64,000 nucleotides of DNA from Balanoglossus misakiensis. Taxonomy: Eukaryota; Animalia; Hemichordata. The stretch lies in NCBI GenBank assembly GCA_040954595.2, contig CM082585.2, positions 76,814 through 140,813 of the forward strand, read 5' to 3'. Both the position numbers and the translations under genes were made by a program. Of this stretch, positions 10,870 to 22,183 are shown piece after piece. Within the stretch, counting starts at the first letter, position 1. Each line of letters starts with the position of its first letter. The notes beneath the pieces were generated by a model, which saw only the letters and a list, made by a program, of their open reading frames with translations, was not told the origin of the DNA and did not search any database.

Positions 10870-11860
10870 GACAATTTGTTTAGGAGAAGATTTGCTAACC
10901 AAAAACAAAGAAACTTACCAAAAAACCTCGCTAAATATTTAATCTTTGTGATCTCAGAATTGAATAAAAGTTGCACATATACAGGTATGTGTTATGAAAT
11001 TATATCCTAAATTTCAAAGCAATCAGAGAAAAATCTAATTTCAAAGCAATCCAACAAGCAGTTTCACAGAAAATATTTGTTCAAAAATGGCAAAAACCAA
11101 ATATGCAAATATCACCAAAATTGTACAATATCTTACTTCAATCACTACAAGGAACATGCTGCCTAAGTTCAATGCAATAGGACAAGCTGTTTCAGAGAAA
11201 ACAATTTTTGACAAAAATTGCAAAAGTTTCCCCGATAACACATTTATGCAAATATCACATTTTTTACAACATATTACCCCTACGAACATGCCTACCAAAT
11301 TGCAAAGCAATCTGGCATGAGGTTTTAAAGAAAAACATTTTTTGACCAAAAATGGCAAATATTGCTCAACATTATAGATATGCAAATTTTGCAACAATTT
11401 GAACAAAACTATGGTTACTTAGACAACCATTAGGAAGCTTCATACTAAATTTCAAAGACTTTTTACCAATAACATGGAAAAATACAAAAAAATGCATAAA
11501 AAAAAGGAAATCGATAATATTAGCTCAAAACATACAGGATTGTGTGAGGTTGATATAAGGTACATGCATACCAATTTTCAAATCAATATGACCAGTGGTT
11601 GTCCAGTTTTTGAGTTTTGACCAATTTCACATTTTCCCAGCTAATTTGCATATTTTTGGCAATGACATCTTCATTTGAACAAACTCCCATCTACAGCCCT
11701 GCCTGCATCTACACACCAAATATCGAGGTCATACGCGCTGCGGTTTTCAAGTTTTTGATGTGGACGGCCATACAGACATCCATCCATCCATCCATCCATC
11801 CATACATACAGACGTAACCAATCCCATAAGGTCCCATGGTACATACCAATGGGACCTAAA
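10870..11860 (+). mobile_element. Helentron/DINE-1-like element (5' boundary approximate)
   Basis: Degenerate internal repeats (aaatttcaaagcaatc), (CATC)n/(CATA)n microsatellite at ~11777-11810, then terminal hairpin aggtcccat-ggtacatacca-atgggacct followed by an A-run. Confidence 0.6.
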
Positions 11861-11874
11861 AACTTGTGACTTAC

Positions 11875-11997
11875 ATGTAACACATGTTTGCCCAGTGTAG
11901 CAGGTTGGACAGTTGCAGGTGTAGATTGAGCAGGAGCCTTGAAGTGGCTGATACACTCCGTTATTCAGACATGGGTTTAGAAGACACTGGTTGATCG
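11875..11997 (-). pseudogene. EGF-like exon (123 bp, phase 1-1; third Cys replaced by Tyr)
   Basis: ag|INQCLLNPCLNNGVYQPLQGSCSIYTCNCPTCYTGQTCVT|gtaagt. Confidence 0.9.
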
Positions 11998-12429
11998 CTA
12001 AGGGTGAGAGAAATGAAAAGTATCACATTAGGGTCTTACACACTTGAGTGGGAAGTGAAATCTGTAGCAGACTGTCAGAAGATTGCACATCCATGTGATC
12101 ATGTTCATGTGTGACGGATAATGAAGACCACTTGATCCAAGCTTGGTGCTACCATCTTTATCATAATTACAGCATCTTATAATATTTACTAGTTGGGGGT
12201 GGGGGTAGTTGATGTCATAACTTTCTGATGTTTCAATTTACGGTTGGAAAAATAGCAACATCTACACTGATGAGCATTTGAGTCAATGAAAATATTCATC
12301 ATGGCTACGGTAGTGCATATAAGTCTCTTGGTTAGCTGCACAATCACAGGCAACTTTATTGAGACAATATCAATGACAAAGCCCAGCGATTTCTACTTTG
12401 TGCGGGAAATCTGACACTGGTTTGCTTAC

Positions 12430-12546
12430 GTTCAGCGCACGTGGTTCCGATGAAACAGCGCGGACTCTGGCATCTGAACTTGGTGCAGGACACTTGCTGG
12501 CAGAATCCACTGTTTAGACAAGGGTTGGGCTGACACGGATTCAAAT
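12430..12546 (-). pseudogene. EGF-like exon (117 bp)
   Basis: ag|LNPCQPNPCLNSGFCQQVSCTKFRCQSPRCFIGTTCAE|gtaagc. Confidence 0.9.
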
Positions 12547-12924
12547 CTGTGCACAGAAGAGAAAGTGATATAAATTGTGTACAGTTAATATTTACTACAT
12601 ATACTTTAAACAGATTTGTGCAGTCAGGGTTGAGTGGTAAAAATCTCAGTTGGTCAACAGAACATCACTGTGACAAATTTCTTCCATGTTCAACAAAAGA
12701 AACGTAATGAAATTTTGACACAGGTGTAATAGTGTCTTAGTGTACCATACAGTGCAGGTTATTGTTTGGTCAAAAACACAATCCCTTTTTATGGCACACA
12801 CATTCTTAATAAATTTCCCCCAAATTGTGTCGTTATTCACTGTTTGATACAGGTTGGAAGAAACCAAGCCGATTATGTGTTATGTTATTATGTTCCTCTT
12901 CATCTGAAATTTAAAATCACTCAC

Positions 12925-13047
12925 ATGTCTGACATAAATCGCCGGAGTAACAGCTTGTACAGGAGCATGTGAATTCAGTACACCAATTGGGCGTCAGCAC
13001 ACAGTTTCCACCATTCCGACACTGGATGGGTTGACACTGGTTGACAG
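12925..13047 (-). pseudogene. EGF-like exon (123 bp, all 8 Cys intact)
   Basis: ag|VNQCQPIQCRNGGNCVLTPNWCTEFTCSCTSCYSGDLCQT|gtgagt; not in the ORF track. Confidence 0.9.
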
Positions 13048-13342
13048 CTGTGGGATGTGCAGTCAAGACATTGTCAAAATTACAGAATCTACAAACTACA
13101 CTCCACAGTCATGTACATGTATACCTGACAACAACCAAAGGGCTGTTTTGAAAAACCAAATGCTGTGAAATCCTTTAGAGTGTGACAAGAAACCACAGTT
13201 GCAACCGAAAACAAAAATAGTGATAACATTATGCTAGCCCAAAGTTTGAGTTACCAGGGCTTTAATATGTGTACCGTACTTATATTATATAATACATAAC
13301 AAGTGTTTTGCATTGAATAAAATAATATTGGTTTGTACTTAC

Positions 13343-13462
13343 GCATTGTACATGTGGCACCAGTGAAGCATTCGGTACACATACAGTCAAACAGGAAACA
13401 GCCATCTCGCGCAACGCATGTGCCACCATTTTGACAAGGCATAGAGTATAACTGATCAATGG
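13343..13462 (-). pseudogene. EGF-like exon (120 bp; first Cys lost)
   Basis: ag|IDQLYSMPCQNGGTCVARDGCFLFDCMCTECFTGATCTM|gtaagt. Confidence 0.9.
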
Positions 13463-14298
13463 CTGCCAAAACAAAAATGAAAGTATCAATTACCTGCTTG
13501 TCAAAAACTTGTACATGTACTTGTGATGTTCATTTCGTTTAAATATGTGAGCAATGTCTTCATTCCTTGTTTCAAACCTGTACATTTAAAATAACATAAT
13601 GATGCTATTGCTAGGATTTTTCTGTAAGAATCTTGAAAAATTAAAAAATGTGCCATCAACATGATACAGAAGGCTTTCCTTTTTAACGTGCACCTCACAC
13701 TCAATTTTGACCCTACATCAGCAAATTTTGAAAGGATGAAACTTAGTAATGCTTCCACCCCATTTATTGGTGTATGGGTCCATCTATCACATTGAGAATA
13801 CCAAAAATGAGGGTTTATATACCACGCTGTGTCATAAAACAGTAATTCGACACACCTACGGCACAGATGGCCCCAGTCCAACACTACTGGCAGTAACAGG
13901 TGTAGTCACCTCATGGACACCTCTCTAATCAGAACACCTAGTAAGATTGATTTTTCAAGCCAAATAGTAAGGATAATTAAGGATGTCTCTTTTACTTAAT
14001 ACTCAGATGTGTGCACCACCTTAGGAGAGATTACCTCACATGCACAATTATCTCTACAGACACTAGTCTTCAAGAGGCAACTCTTGTATATTTGAGTGAT
14101 GAAAACATCCAGCTTCGTACACTTCCTCATAAGTTCGTGCCTATCCTAAATTGCACGGACATACAAATGAAATTTCTGTTTTCTTTTCATTTCTTTTCTC
14201 TTGGGGAAATTTTAGAAATGAGAAGTTACCACACAATTCAATTGCTATGAAGAGAAAGTGCCCAAAAGATTGTCATTTACGGTACGTCAGAAACTTAC

Positions 14299-14421
14299 AT
14301 ATTTCACAACGGTTACCCTCATAGCAACCAGTACAGGCACAGGTATATGCCGTGCAGGAGTTGACCACTGCATTACATACAGCCCCGATGAGACAGCTGT
14401 TTCACTGGCATGGATCTTGGA
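14299..14421 (-). pseudogene. EGF-like exon (123 bp; TGA in copy 1 only)
   Basis: ag|QDPCQ*NSCLIGAVCNAVVNSCTAYTCACTGCYEGNRCEI|gtaagt; copies 2 and 3 have CGA (Arg). Confidence 0.88.
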
Positions 14422-14776
14422 CTGCAATAAAAAGTGCAACCTATTGTTATCTCAGCAATAGAGCAGTTCATTTACTGAAACTGCCAGCACCCAATATTAT
14501 CCCACATGTAATCCATATGTGGAAATCAAATACACCTGCAACAGTTTTAATTTACCATGTGGGTATTTGCATGGAGAGCCATGGTATTTGTTATCTACTG
14601 ATAAAATACCCTTCAAAACAATATCCTCATTTCTTCAGAAGTTTGGCAACAAGACCAATAAAATTTGAAGTTTCACATCAAAATTTACAATGCATAAATA
14701 TGCTTAAAGATCTACGGAATGAAGATTGCTTGTTTGTTTGCAGGGTGTCTTGAAAGTATATACTCACTTGTTTGAC

Positions 14777-15665
14777 CATGGACCCTAGAGAAAGAAGGAC
14801 GCGCAACTCCAGTTTTTTCTTGAAATGATATTCTTTTGCATACATTATTTCCAGGTAAATCCCAATAATCCAATTTGCAAATAAACTGTGTATAAACTAA
14901 CGCAAAGTCTCGCGTTTTGCGTGAAGTTATCACAAACACCTTAGAACATCTCGCAGAAGACGAGAAAAGTGCAACGTGGTTGAACGCAGCGATCATTTAT
15001 GGAACACATCTGGACAAGTTAAACAGGAATTTGGCACCTCTGAGTCTGACAGCGTCCAAAACAAGCATCTTTTGTCTAACAGTCCGGGTATTTCACAAGG
15101 CTGTGAGCTAACCGTACCGAGGGTTGCCTGGCGGCCATAGCGCACACATGAAAATCCACCCAGTTTGTTTACAAATTGTTTTCGTGAAATCTGTTTTATT
15201 GTTCACGCACTGCGAAATAAAATGCCCCTAAACCACACTTTTTAATTCAATGCTTCACACAAACATAAAATTATTACGAAAAGTGTCAGCGTTACCAAGA
15301 AATATGAGTGCCCAGTCGGACATGCAAAAAACATGGATGATTTGTTTACAATTTTTAAATGAAGCTTGTGGCACTAGAAATGACCGTTCAACCGACAGAC
15401 GAACACCAAACCATAATAATTAGCACAGACATCGTAATACTTTTAGAATTTTAGAAAAAAACGCAGTGGCTGCTGAAATGCAGGAGTGCCAGTTTGGTGG
15501 CAAGTTTTCGCATCACTGGTGGGGTCGACACGTGCCGAAGTAAGGAAGTCATTGTCCAACTGTCCTGGGTGTTAATTATATGCAAAAGAACATCATCATA
15601 CAGATAATCCCCAAACCCTTTGATCTTTGCCGCAGTTGCTCGTCCTTCTTTCTCTAGGGTCTATG
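14777..15665. mobile_element. Non-autonomous TIR element, P-element-like (CA..TG, 7-bp TSD)
   Basis: ~32-bp TIR catggaccctagagaaagaaggacgcgcaact / agttgctcgtccttctttctctagggtctatg. TSD GTTTGAC at 14770-14776 and 15666-15672. Also 35599-36487. Confidence 0.85.
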
Positions 15666-15780
15666 GTTTGACAGATGTCACCTGTGTAAGAGTTCACACA
15701 CTGGCATGAATAGAAATTGCACGATGTTTGCTGGCAAAATCCACCATTCATACATGGGTTGGGATCACAGGGGTTTTGCA
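15666..15780 (-). pseudogene. EGF-like exon cut off from its splice donor by the P-like insertion
   Basis: ag|QNPCDPNPCMNGGFCQQTSCNFYSCQCVNSYTGDICQT; the donor gtgagt now lies at 14762-14767. Confidence 0.88.
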
Positions 15781-16334
15781 CTGGAAATTAAGAAAGGACG
15801 CCATTTTATTCGTTGCTACTCATTCTACAGTACAGATATGGCAAAAACCTTGCAGAATTATGGCAAGGGTGTGTGGAGTGATTGTGCCTACAGCTTATAT
15901 TAGGCTGGTATCAAGTTGTTCACACCTCCATAGATCATGTGGCAGTGACTGTGAGGCAAGGGCTTCCCTTCATGAAATCAAAGACCTGTGTACTGGAGGA
16001 GGGTTCCTTGCAAATGCTTGACTTGACTTCAAGCATACCTGTAGACTCATATGCAAATTTACACTATCTGGCCTGGAGTGAGAATTTCCATAGTGGATGT
16101 GCGTTGACAAAAGGCAGTAAAATTGGCCAGTCGCGCATAATGTTTCTTGAACTAAGACAATCAAGACATTATGCGCTACAAAAGTGATTTTGATTGGGAA
16201 GAGTGTAATCTTGCATTCGATGTCAAGAACTCTCCAAGCTCTGCTGTGGTGATGGCTACACCTATGCTCAGGAAACATGCAGTATTTGAATGCATCAGAG
16301 ACAAAAGGTAAAAGAGACTGCGCTGTATACTTAC

Positions 16335-16457
16335 ATATCTCACACCTATCACCTTTGTAGCAACCAGTACATATGCAGGTGAGATCAAAGCAGGAATTTC
16401 GAGCCGGTTGACAGAAGCCACCATTCTGGCACGGATTTGGTGGACACTGGTTGAGTC
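16335..16457 (-). pseudogene. EGF-like exon (123 bp, all 8 Cys intact)
   Basis: ag|LNQCPPNPCQNGGFCQPARNSCFDLTCICTGCYKGDRCEI|gtaagt. Confidence 0.92.
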
Positions 16458-16689
16458 CTACAAGGAAAAGGGTCAAATTTTCCATGATCATCAATGTCAT
16501 GTGATTATGAATGTATGTAAGTGGCTGAAAAAAATTCCCAGGGGTGAGTTTCCTACAAAAATTGTGATGTGACAAACCGACAAATTAGCATATTAGCATA
16601 ATCAGAATAAATAAAAAAAATGCACAGGTAGTTTAAAAGAACAAACACTTTGGAAACGGAATAGAGCTAAGCTGCTGTCCCTTTCTAAT

Positions 16690-17152
16690 TGTTACTCGTT
16701 CAAAAATCACCTGTCACATCACTCCAATTTTGTATCAGTTGCACTGGCTACCTGTTACAGAGCGTATTGTTTTTAAGATGTTAGTTCTCATTTTTAAATC
16801 CATTCATAAACTTGGTCCAATCTATCTTTCTAGCATGACTAATCTATATGTTCCGTGTCGCAATTTAAGGTCAGCTGATCAGTTCAAACTCTGCCCTGTT
16901 CGATCACGCACCAAGAGTTATGGTGATCGTGCTTTTACTGTTGCTGCTCCAATTCTTTGGAATAATCTTCCACTCACCATTCGGCAGGCACCAGACTTAT
17001 CTGTTTTTAAATCAAATGTTAAAACTTTACTTTTTAAATCTGTTTTTTAGCCATTTGTTGTATTGTACTTTTGCTTTAAGCATCATTGATCACATTTTTT
17101 GTGGATACTGATGCTATACAAATAAATTATTATTATTATTATTATTATTATT
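16690..17152 (+). mobile_element. 5'-truncated L2/CR1-group LINE 3' end with (ATT)n tail
   Basis: HITPILYQLHWLPV..RIVFK..YGDRAFTVAAPILWNNLP..FKSNVKTLLF, short 3'UTR, (TTA)n at ~17128-17152. Confidence 0.92.
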
Positions 17153-17246
17153 TCTATTTTTGTGTTTGTACAACATCAGTGAAGTTTAAATCATAATAAA
17201 AAAAAATGATAATTATCATTATTAACTGCTATAGATTCAAACTTAC

Positions 17247-17369
17247 TTGTCTCACACCTGGTTCCCTAGTAACACTCTGTGCACATGCCAATGGTGGCAG
17301 TACAAGAATTTGCCTGTTGTTGGCAGGTACCTCCATTGAGACAAGGACTAGTGAAGCATGGATTAGGAA
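17247..17369 (-). pseudogene. EGF-like exon with TAG stop shared by all copies
   Basis: ag|PNPCFTSPCLNGGTCQQQANSCTATIGMCTECY*GTRCET|gtaagt. Confidence 0.88.
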
Positions 17370-17605
17370 CTGGAAGACAGGAATTCAAAATTTTATACAA
17401 CACTTACCTATGGTAACACCAGTACACGTTCATTATTTCTCTGTTATGTTTTTATACTGGTGATTTTACTGTTTTTATTACCGATCATATGACTGACTTA
17501 AAGATGATGATGATGATGATGATGATAATGACTACACCTGCTATTATTACTACAATGTACCTCAGCACTTAGATTTTTTAATAAATGACAAAGTACTGTA
17601 CTCAC

Positions 17606-17735
17606 GTGTTTCACATGTGAAGCCCATGTAGCAGCCAGCACATTGACATGTGACGCCTGTACAAGATCCCTGGATTGCTTGGCAAGTACCAGCATTCCGG
17701 CATGGGTTAAGGTTTGTGTTCGCACGGATTCATTG
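17606..17735 (-). pseudogene. EGF-like exon, frameshifted (130 bp)
   Basis: ag|MNPCE..[fs]NPCRNAGTCQAIQGSCTGVTCQCAGCYMGFTCET|gtgagt; donor mutated in copy 3. Confidence 0.85.
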
Positions 17736-18555
17736 CTGCAAATGTACACAATATTTACAAAATAAAACAGTATACAACTGTAAGTATTTATAATAATCAA
17801 TTGTGAATATCACACCAATCAAGGCCTTTCAATGCACCCTGATTGCTGAGAGCTGAAATACGTGAACCAACGTGTATTTGTTTTCACTACTATATCACAT
17901 GACATTCTGCATCTCTTTTCCATAGTTGTAGTCTGCACCCAACATTGTATTCCGGGGTAGCACTACACGGAACCCCGAAACTTTTTCGTCATCATCCGAG
18001 TACTTTTCCCAGCATGCAGTTGCCAAGATGGCTGCACAGGGAGTTTTTAATTTTGCACTGGTATACAATTTTTTTATTCGTCAATTTCACAGACACGTGC
18101 ATTGCACATCAAAATTTTGCGTCAGAAGTGAGGACAACTTAACTAGGTACCAATGCAATGTGGTTTTAGGCGGATTTGAACTTTTCCTTTAATGTAACAG
18201 TTGTATTGACATGCGATTATCATACTGAACATGAATCAATCTCAAAATTGCTAAAAATAAAATAATTCAGAACATTTAGATTCTACAATGGTGAAAAAAT
18301 ATGACAAACCTCCCAAAATTCTTATTTTTGAGGCCATTTTACAAAAATCTACGAGCCTGGCAAAATCTGAAAGAGGTGCTAGATAAAGGGCGCTTTTTCA
18401 AAACTCTAGATGGTTGACCCCCAATTTTTATTCCATAGATTAAATGTTTAGAAGTCATAGTATCATCAGTATTAATTTAAACATGATCAGACGACCCTTT
18501 ATTTCGAGGTGCGCAACACCTTAAATATGTTTTTACGACTAAGATGACTACAAAC

Positions 18556-18772
18556 CTGGTAGAAGGGGAGTACATGTTGTTGATGGTCCCAGAGAGTAGG
18601 TTCTTGATGTGCAGGCAAGTGGGTGATGTTGCTGCACACTGACAGCCTGGATCGCAAGGGGTACAGGATACTTCTGTGGCTGTGTCAGCATAATAACTTG
18701 ATGGACAAGGAATGGGGCTGTCTGACCCATCTGGACAGTAGTTACCTACGCCGCAATCAGCACATGTCATGT
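18556..18772 (-). pseudogene. GCC2/GCC3-type Cys-rich exon, frameshifted
   Basis: MTCADCGVGNYCPDGSDSPIPCPSSYYADTATEVSCTPCDPGCQC..[fs]ACTSRTYSLGPSTTCTP..|gtttgt. Confidence 0.8.
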
Positions 18773-18950
18773 CTGTAGAATAACAGCAGCTTGTGTAGTG
18801 AGTGTTTTGCCGATATGACAGAGTTCAAGTATGCTTATTTGGTTAAATTTTAAAAGGAATATCACCCGCTGTTTTAGAGTTAATATTGCGAAAGGGACTT
18901 CATAAGTTGTCTGAAAAACACCAGTTTCCCCAATTTTCACTAATGTATAG

Positions 18951-19865
18951 GAATACATGAGAAGTCGGCCAGATTAGAAGTCGGCCAGTACGAGAAGTCG
19001 GCCAGTTGTTGAACTTGTACCCGAATAGTGCAGTGATGACCCAGATTACTTATAACAACACTTAATAAAATATAATTGCACTAAATATTTTCATTTGGAC
19101 GGATTTCCCAAATTCTTGACAACACAATGGCGTCATTTCAAATAATGGCGTCTGGCATCCGTACCGTTTCCCCAGCCCCGTATCCGCGTAAGGAGCTTAG
19201 GTTGTTCGCCAAATTCCTGTGACATTTCTGATTAAAGGGACAAAGTCTCTCTCTCGCGAACCTTTTTCCATTAATTATGTTTGATACAAGACACCGTTCA
19301 CATTATTCATGTGGATATATTGAGAATCCACATTCAACTACAGACAAATTCCATCCCGTTTGTAGGATATGAGTGTAAAAATCCCGCCAAAATGAATAAA
19401 TGGTAAACACCGATTATTCATTTTCACTATATATCCACATTTAGAATAAATAAATGGTGTCTTGTATCAAATATTATTAATGGAAAAAGGGCAGCGAGAG
19501 AGAGACTTTGTCCCTTTACAGGGAGTTGTTTCAAAGCCTACTAAAATACATAGAAGATGTATGTGTATATGCATACTTTGAGACAACACCAAACAGACAA
19601 ACGTGACGAGGAACTGACTACTGGCGCAGCGCAAGAAGTGCAGGTGACTGATGTTGACGTACCCCGGTGACGTACATGCAAAGTGAACAGACAGTTTTAA
19701 AATTCATCGGCTATTTGTACAAATATCTCAGCTCCTGTACATCAAGGAAACATTTCGTAGTGAAACAGTTATATATAACACAAAGTACCAGGGTTCTCTC
19801 CCAAAGGCCGACTTCTCGTACTGGCCGATACCGACTTCTCATACTGGTCGACTTCTCAGGACACC
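18951..19865. mobile_element. Non-autonomous TIR element with repetitive termini (MULE/foldback-like), 8-bp TSD
   Basis: ~17-bp units gagaagtcggccagtac at the left end and inverted at the right end. TSD ATGTATAG at 18943-18950 and 19866-19873. Also 39764-40741 and 58950-59952. Confidence 0.75.
19236..19515. mobile_element. Kolobok-like MITE nested in the MULE-like element
   Basis: TTAA|agggacaaagtctctctctcgc ... gcgagagagagactttgtccct|TTAC. Long imperfect TIRs; copy 1 has a ~62-bp internal deletion. Confidence 0.78.
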
Positions 19866-19977
19866 ATGTATAGCATAGCTGTTGAACTCAAAAAATATGT
19901 AAAACTACAAGTGATGTAAACAACTTGTGGAACCATGTTCAAATCGAGACCAGAAGAAAAGAGATTTCAAGACTTAC

Positions 19978-20074
19978 CTCCTTCAACACTTTACTGCCCT
20001 GTAGCGCACTGTGTGACACTTGTAGTTGTGCATTCATAACCAGAAGGACGTGGCCGAACCTAGCGAGTATGAAC
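19978..20074 (-). pseudogene. GCC2/GCC3-type exon, internally deleted
   Basis: ag|SYSLGSAT[fs]PSGYECTTTSVTQCATGQ*SVEG|gtaagt. Confidence 0.72.
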
Positions 20075-20299
20075 CTATCACAGAAAAAATTCAAAGAACG
20101 ATTGGTTTGGTCCAACGATCCCTTATTAGAGAGATGTCCGTAATCACAGGTGTTACTGTACAATACCTCTTCAGTGGAATCATTGTGTTTCTCAAAGTGC
20201 ATCACAATATCAACTCCAATGAGCATAACAGTTTAATTTTCTGTGTATGTCATGCTATAACACAGGGAAGTCACAAGAGTGATTTGCAGCCCAACTTAC

Positions 20300-20497
20300 C
20301 AGTAACTGTTGAACAATCCACTACGGGTGACATGGTTGGACACTTGGATCCTGCTGGACAAGGCGTGCATGTGCCGTCGCCTTCCATAGCATATTCACCA
20401 TTGCCACAGTCAAGCGGATCTTACATTGGATCTGAACACGATTGTCCAGCAGGGCACAGAAGATGGGATGTGCGTGCAGACTCCTCACTTATTTCAT
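20300..20497 (-). pseudogene. GCC2/GCC3-type exon with shared TAA stop
   Basis: ag|..LCPAGQSCSDPM*DPLDCGNGEYAMEGDGTCTPCPAGSKCPTMSPVVDCSTVT|gtaagt. Confidence 0.85.
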
Positions 20498-20742
20498 CTG
20501 ATCAAAGAAAATGAGGTTTTTAGTGAAGTATTTGTGATACAGTGTCATTTAAAATAACAAATTACTTGAGATGATTCACTTGATAATTCTGAGACAAGTA
20601 TACAGGCATGTAGAAAATTCTTTGGAGGACATTAAACGTCATTTCTAATCAAACATTTTCTGAATATCATAAGACTCTGCGAGATCTCACATGGCTAACC
20701 GGGTCTCGCAAGATCTCGCACCGAGTTGATAATCTGTTGTAA

Positions 20743-20744
20743 AC

Positions 20745-20785
<41 letters not shown>
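20743..20785 (+). repeat. (CATA)n(CA)n microsatellite
   Basis: Read directly; length differs between copies (also ~41620, ~60830). Confidence 0.9.
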
Positions 20786-20787
<2 letters not shown>

Positions 20788-20892
20788 ACCCCAGTCGCAC
20801 TGACTTGAAAATCTGTTGTAAACACATACATGCATACAGACATACCCCTCAGTTTCATCACACAGCAAACTGAACAAGTACCACAATCTTAC

Positions 20893-21026
20893 CATTTGTA
20901 CATCTGGTACAGTTTGTTGCACTAGCCAATGACACGTAACCCTTGGTACACTTGAATTGCGATGCACTGGGATCTGTGCAGGCGTACCCTTGATCACAAA
21001 TAGTACACTGTTCAGCACCGGCTGAT
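20893..21026 (-). pseudogene. GCC2/GCC3-type exon
   Basis: ag|SAGAEQCTICDQGYACTDPSASQFKCTKGYVSLASATNCTRCTN|gtaaga. Confidence 0.85.
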
Positions 21027-21280
21027 CTGTAAATCAAACAAAGAATTAACACACCAAGTTAACCTTTAAATACCACTGTAAAAATTTGGCGCAAATTTTA
21101 ATTATTTTCATAAATAGAGGTCTATTCAAATTTGGAAAATTTGTCATTTTTTCATTCATATATTATATCAGTAAATTTTAAATACAGACATGGAAAATGT
21201 TCCCATCCTATTTTTCAGTTAGTAAATTACCTGACCTAATGTTTGATGTTGGAAATAAAGGTGGGTGGGTAGAAGTTTAC

Positions 21281-21411
21281 CTGTTATGCAAGAGGTACAG
21301 CGAGACATCCTTTGTCCAAGGCCGAACTGTAATAACCAGCCGAGCATAAAATCACAGTGTTACCATTTGGACATTGGTTACCAGTTGGCCAATCAGCACA
21401 TGATGTTTGTG
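21281..21411 (-). pseudogene. GCC2/GCC3-type exon
   Basis: ag|QTSCAD(W/C)P(T/A)GNQCPNGNTVILCSAGYYSSALDKGCLA..|gtaaac; copies 2 and 3 keep CPAG. Confidence 0.8.
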
Positions 21412-21884
21412 CTGAAAATAAACAGAGATTTATAGAATCTTATAGTCACAGTCATACCTTCAAAGACGTGGGATTCTCACGCGGGTTGGGGAGACAAAAA
21501 TCCCTGGCAAAAGATTGAGGACAGGAAAATGCCAAACCAGAGATATTGGTAACAGAAACTGTATACAGTCAATGCCATATGACAGTGTGCTGTTCTAACA
21601 ACAGACAAGATCGTGACGATCATAGTCTGTGTCGGAGATTTGGAAAAGAGCAAATTCGGTGAAAAGACGGGACAAAACAAAAGTCTACTTTATATACGAT
21701 GCACATGAAAACTGGATGAAAGCGAAGCAGTCCACTATTTGAATGCATTGGATGTAAAATTGGCAGAATATTTGGACTGGACGTAATGTTTGTACGCACA
21801 GAATTACGCACATGCACATAAGATGATCGTCCGCCTTAAGTGAAAGATTACACAGTAATGCCCAAATTTTAAGTGCTGACTCAC

Positions 21885-22117
21885 CCTCTATATTAGTGTA
21901 GTATACATCTTCACACACCTCTGGCTCCGACATACCATCATATTGGCACTTATACCCGGGGCAGGACAAGGCATACAGTCTATACTTCCATTGTTGGCAA
22001 AATATTCCTGTCCACATTGTGTTGGTGATGAGAGGCTGGCTGTTCCACACATGAAACCCTTGGACACAGCGTGCATGCTTCAGAACATGCTGAACAATAA
22101 CTTCCAGCTGCGCAGTC
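21885..22117 (-). pseudogene. GCC2/GCC3-type exon with two frameshifts (most 5' exon found)
   Basis: DCAAGSY..ACTLCP[fs]GFMCGTASLSSPTQCGQ(E/G)YFANNGSIDC(M/T)PCPA[fs]GYKCQYDGMSEPEVCED(V/G)YYTNIE|gtgagt. Confidence 0.82.
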
Positions 22118-22183
22118 CTGTAGGAGTGAAGACGTCAAATATTAGGGAGGTTAAGGAGCCCTCTAGCCAGCAAACTTCATCAA

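Larger units (their letters stand above)
7817..22117 (-). pseudogene. Multi-exon pseudogene, copy 1: GCC2/GCC3 (ephrin-receptor-like) Cys-rich repeats plus 11 tandem EGF-like exons
   Basis: 17 AG..GT-bounded exons read on the minus strand. Several carry stops or frameshifts shared by all copies. No start, signal-peptide or terminal exon identified. Confidence 0.88.

Noticed and set aside
15970-16575. 201-aa ORF as a stand-alone gene
   Set aside because: Only the central 123 bp is a splice-bounded EGF exon; the flanks are intronic read-through.
7817-22117. Naming the gene as Notch, fibropellin, SVEP1 or SCUBE
   Set aside because: No diagnostic LNR/ANK, CUB, avidin, vWA or pentraxin exons are visible and the EGF Cys pattern differs, so no symbol is assigned.
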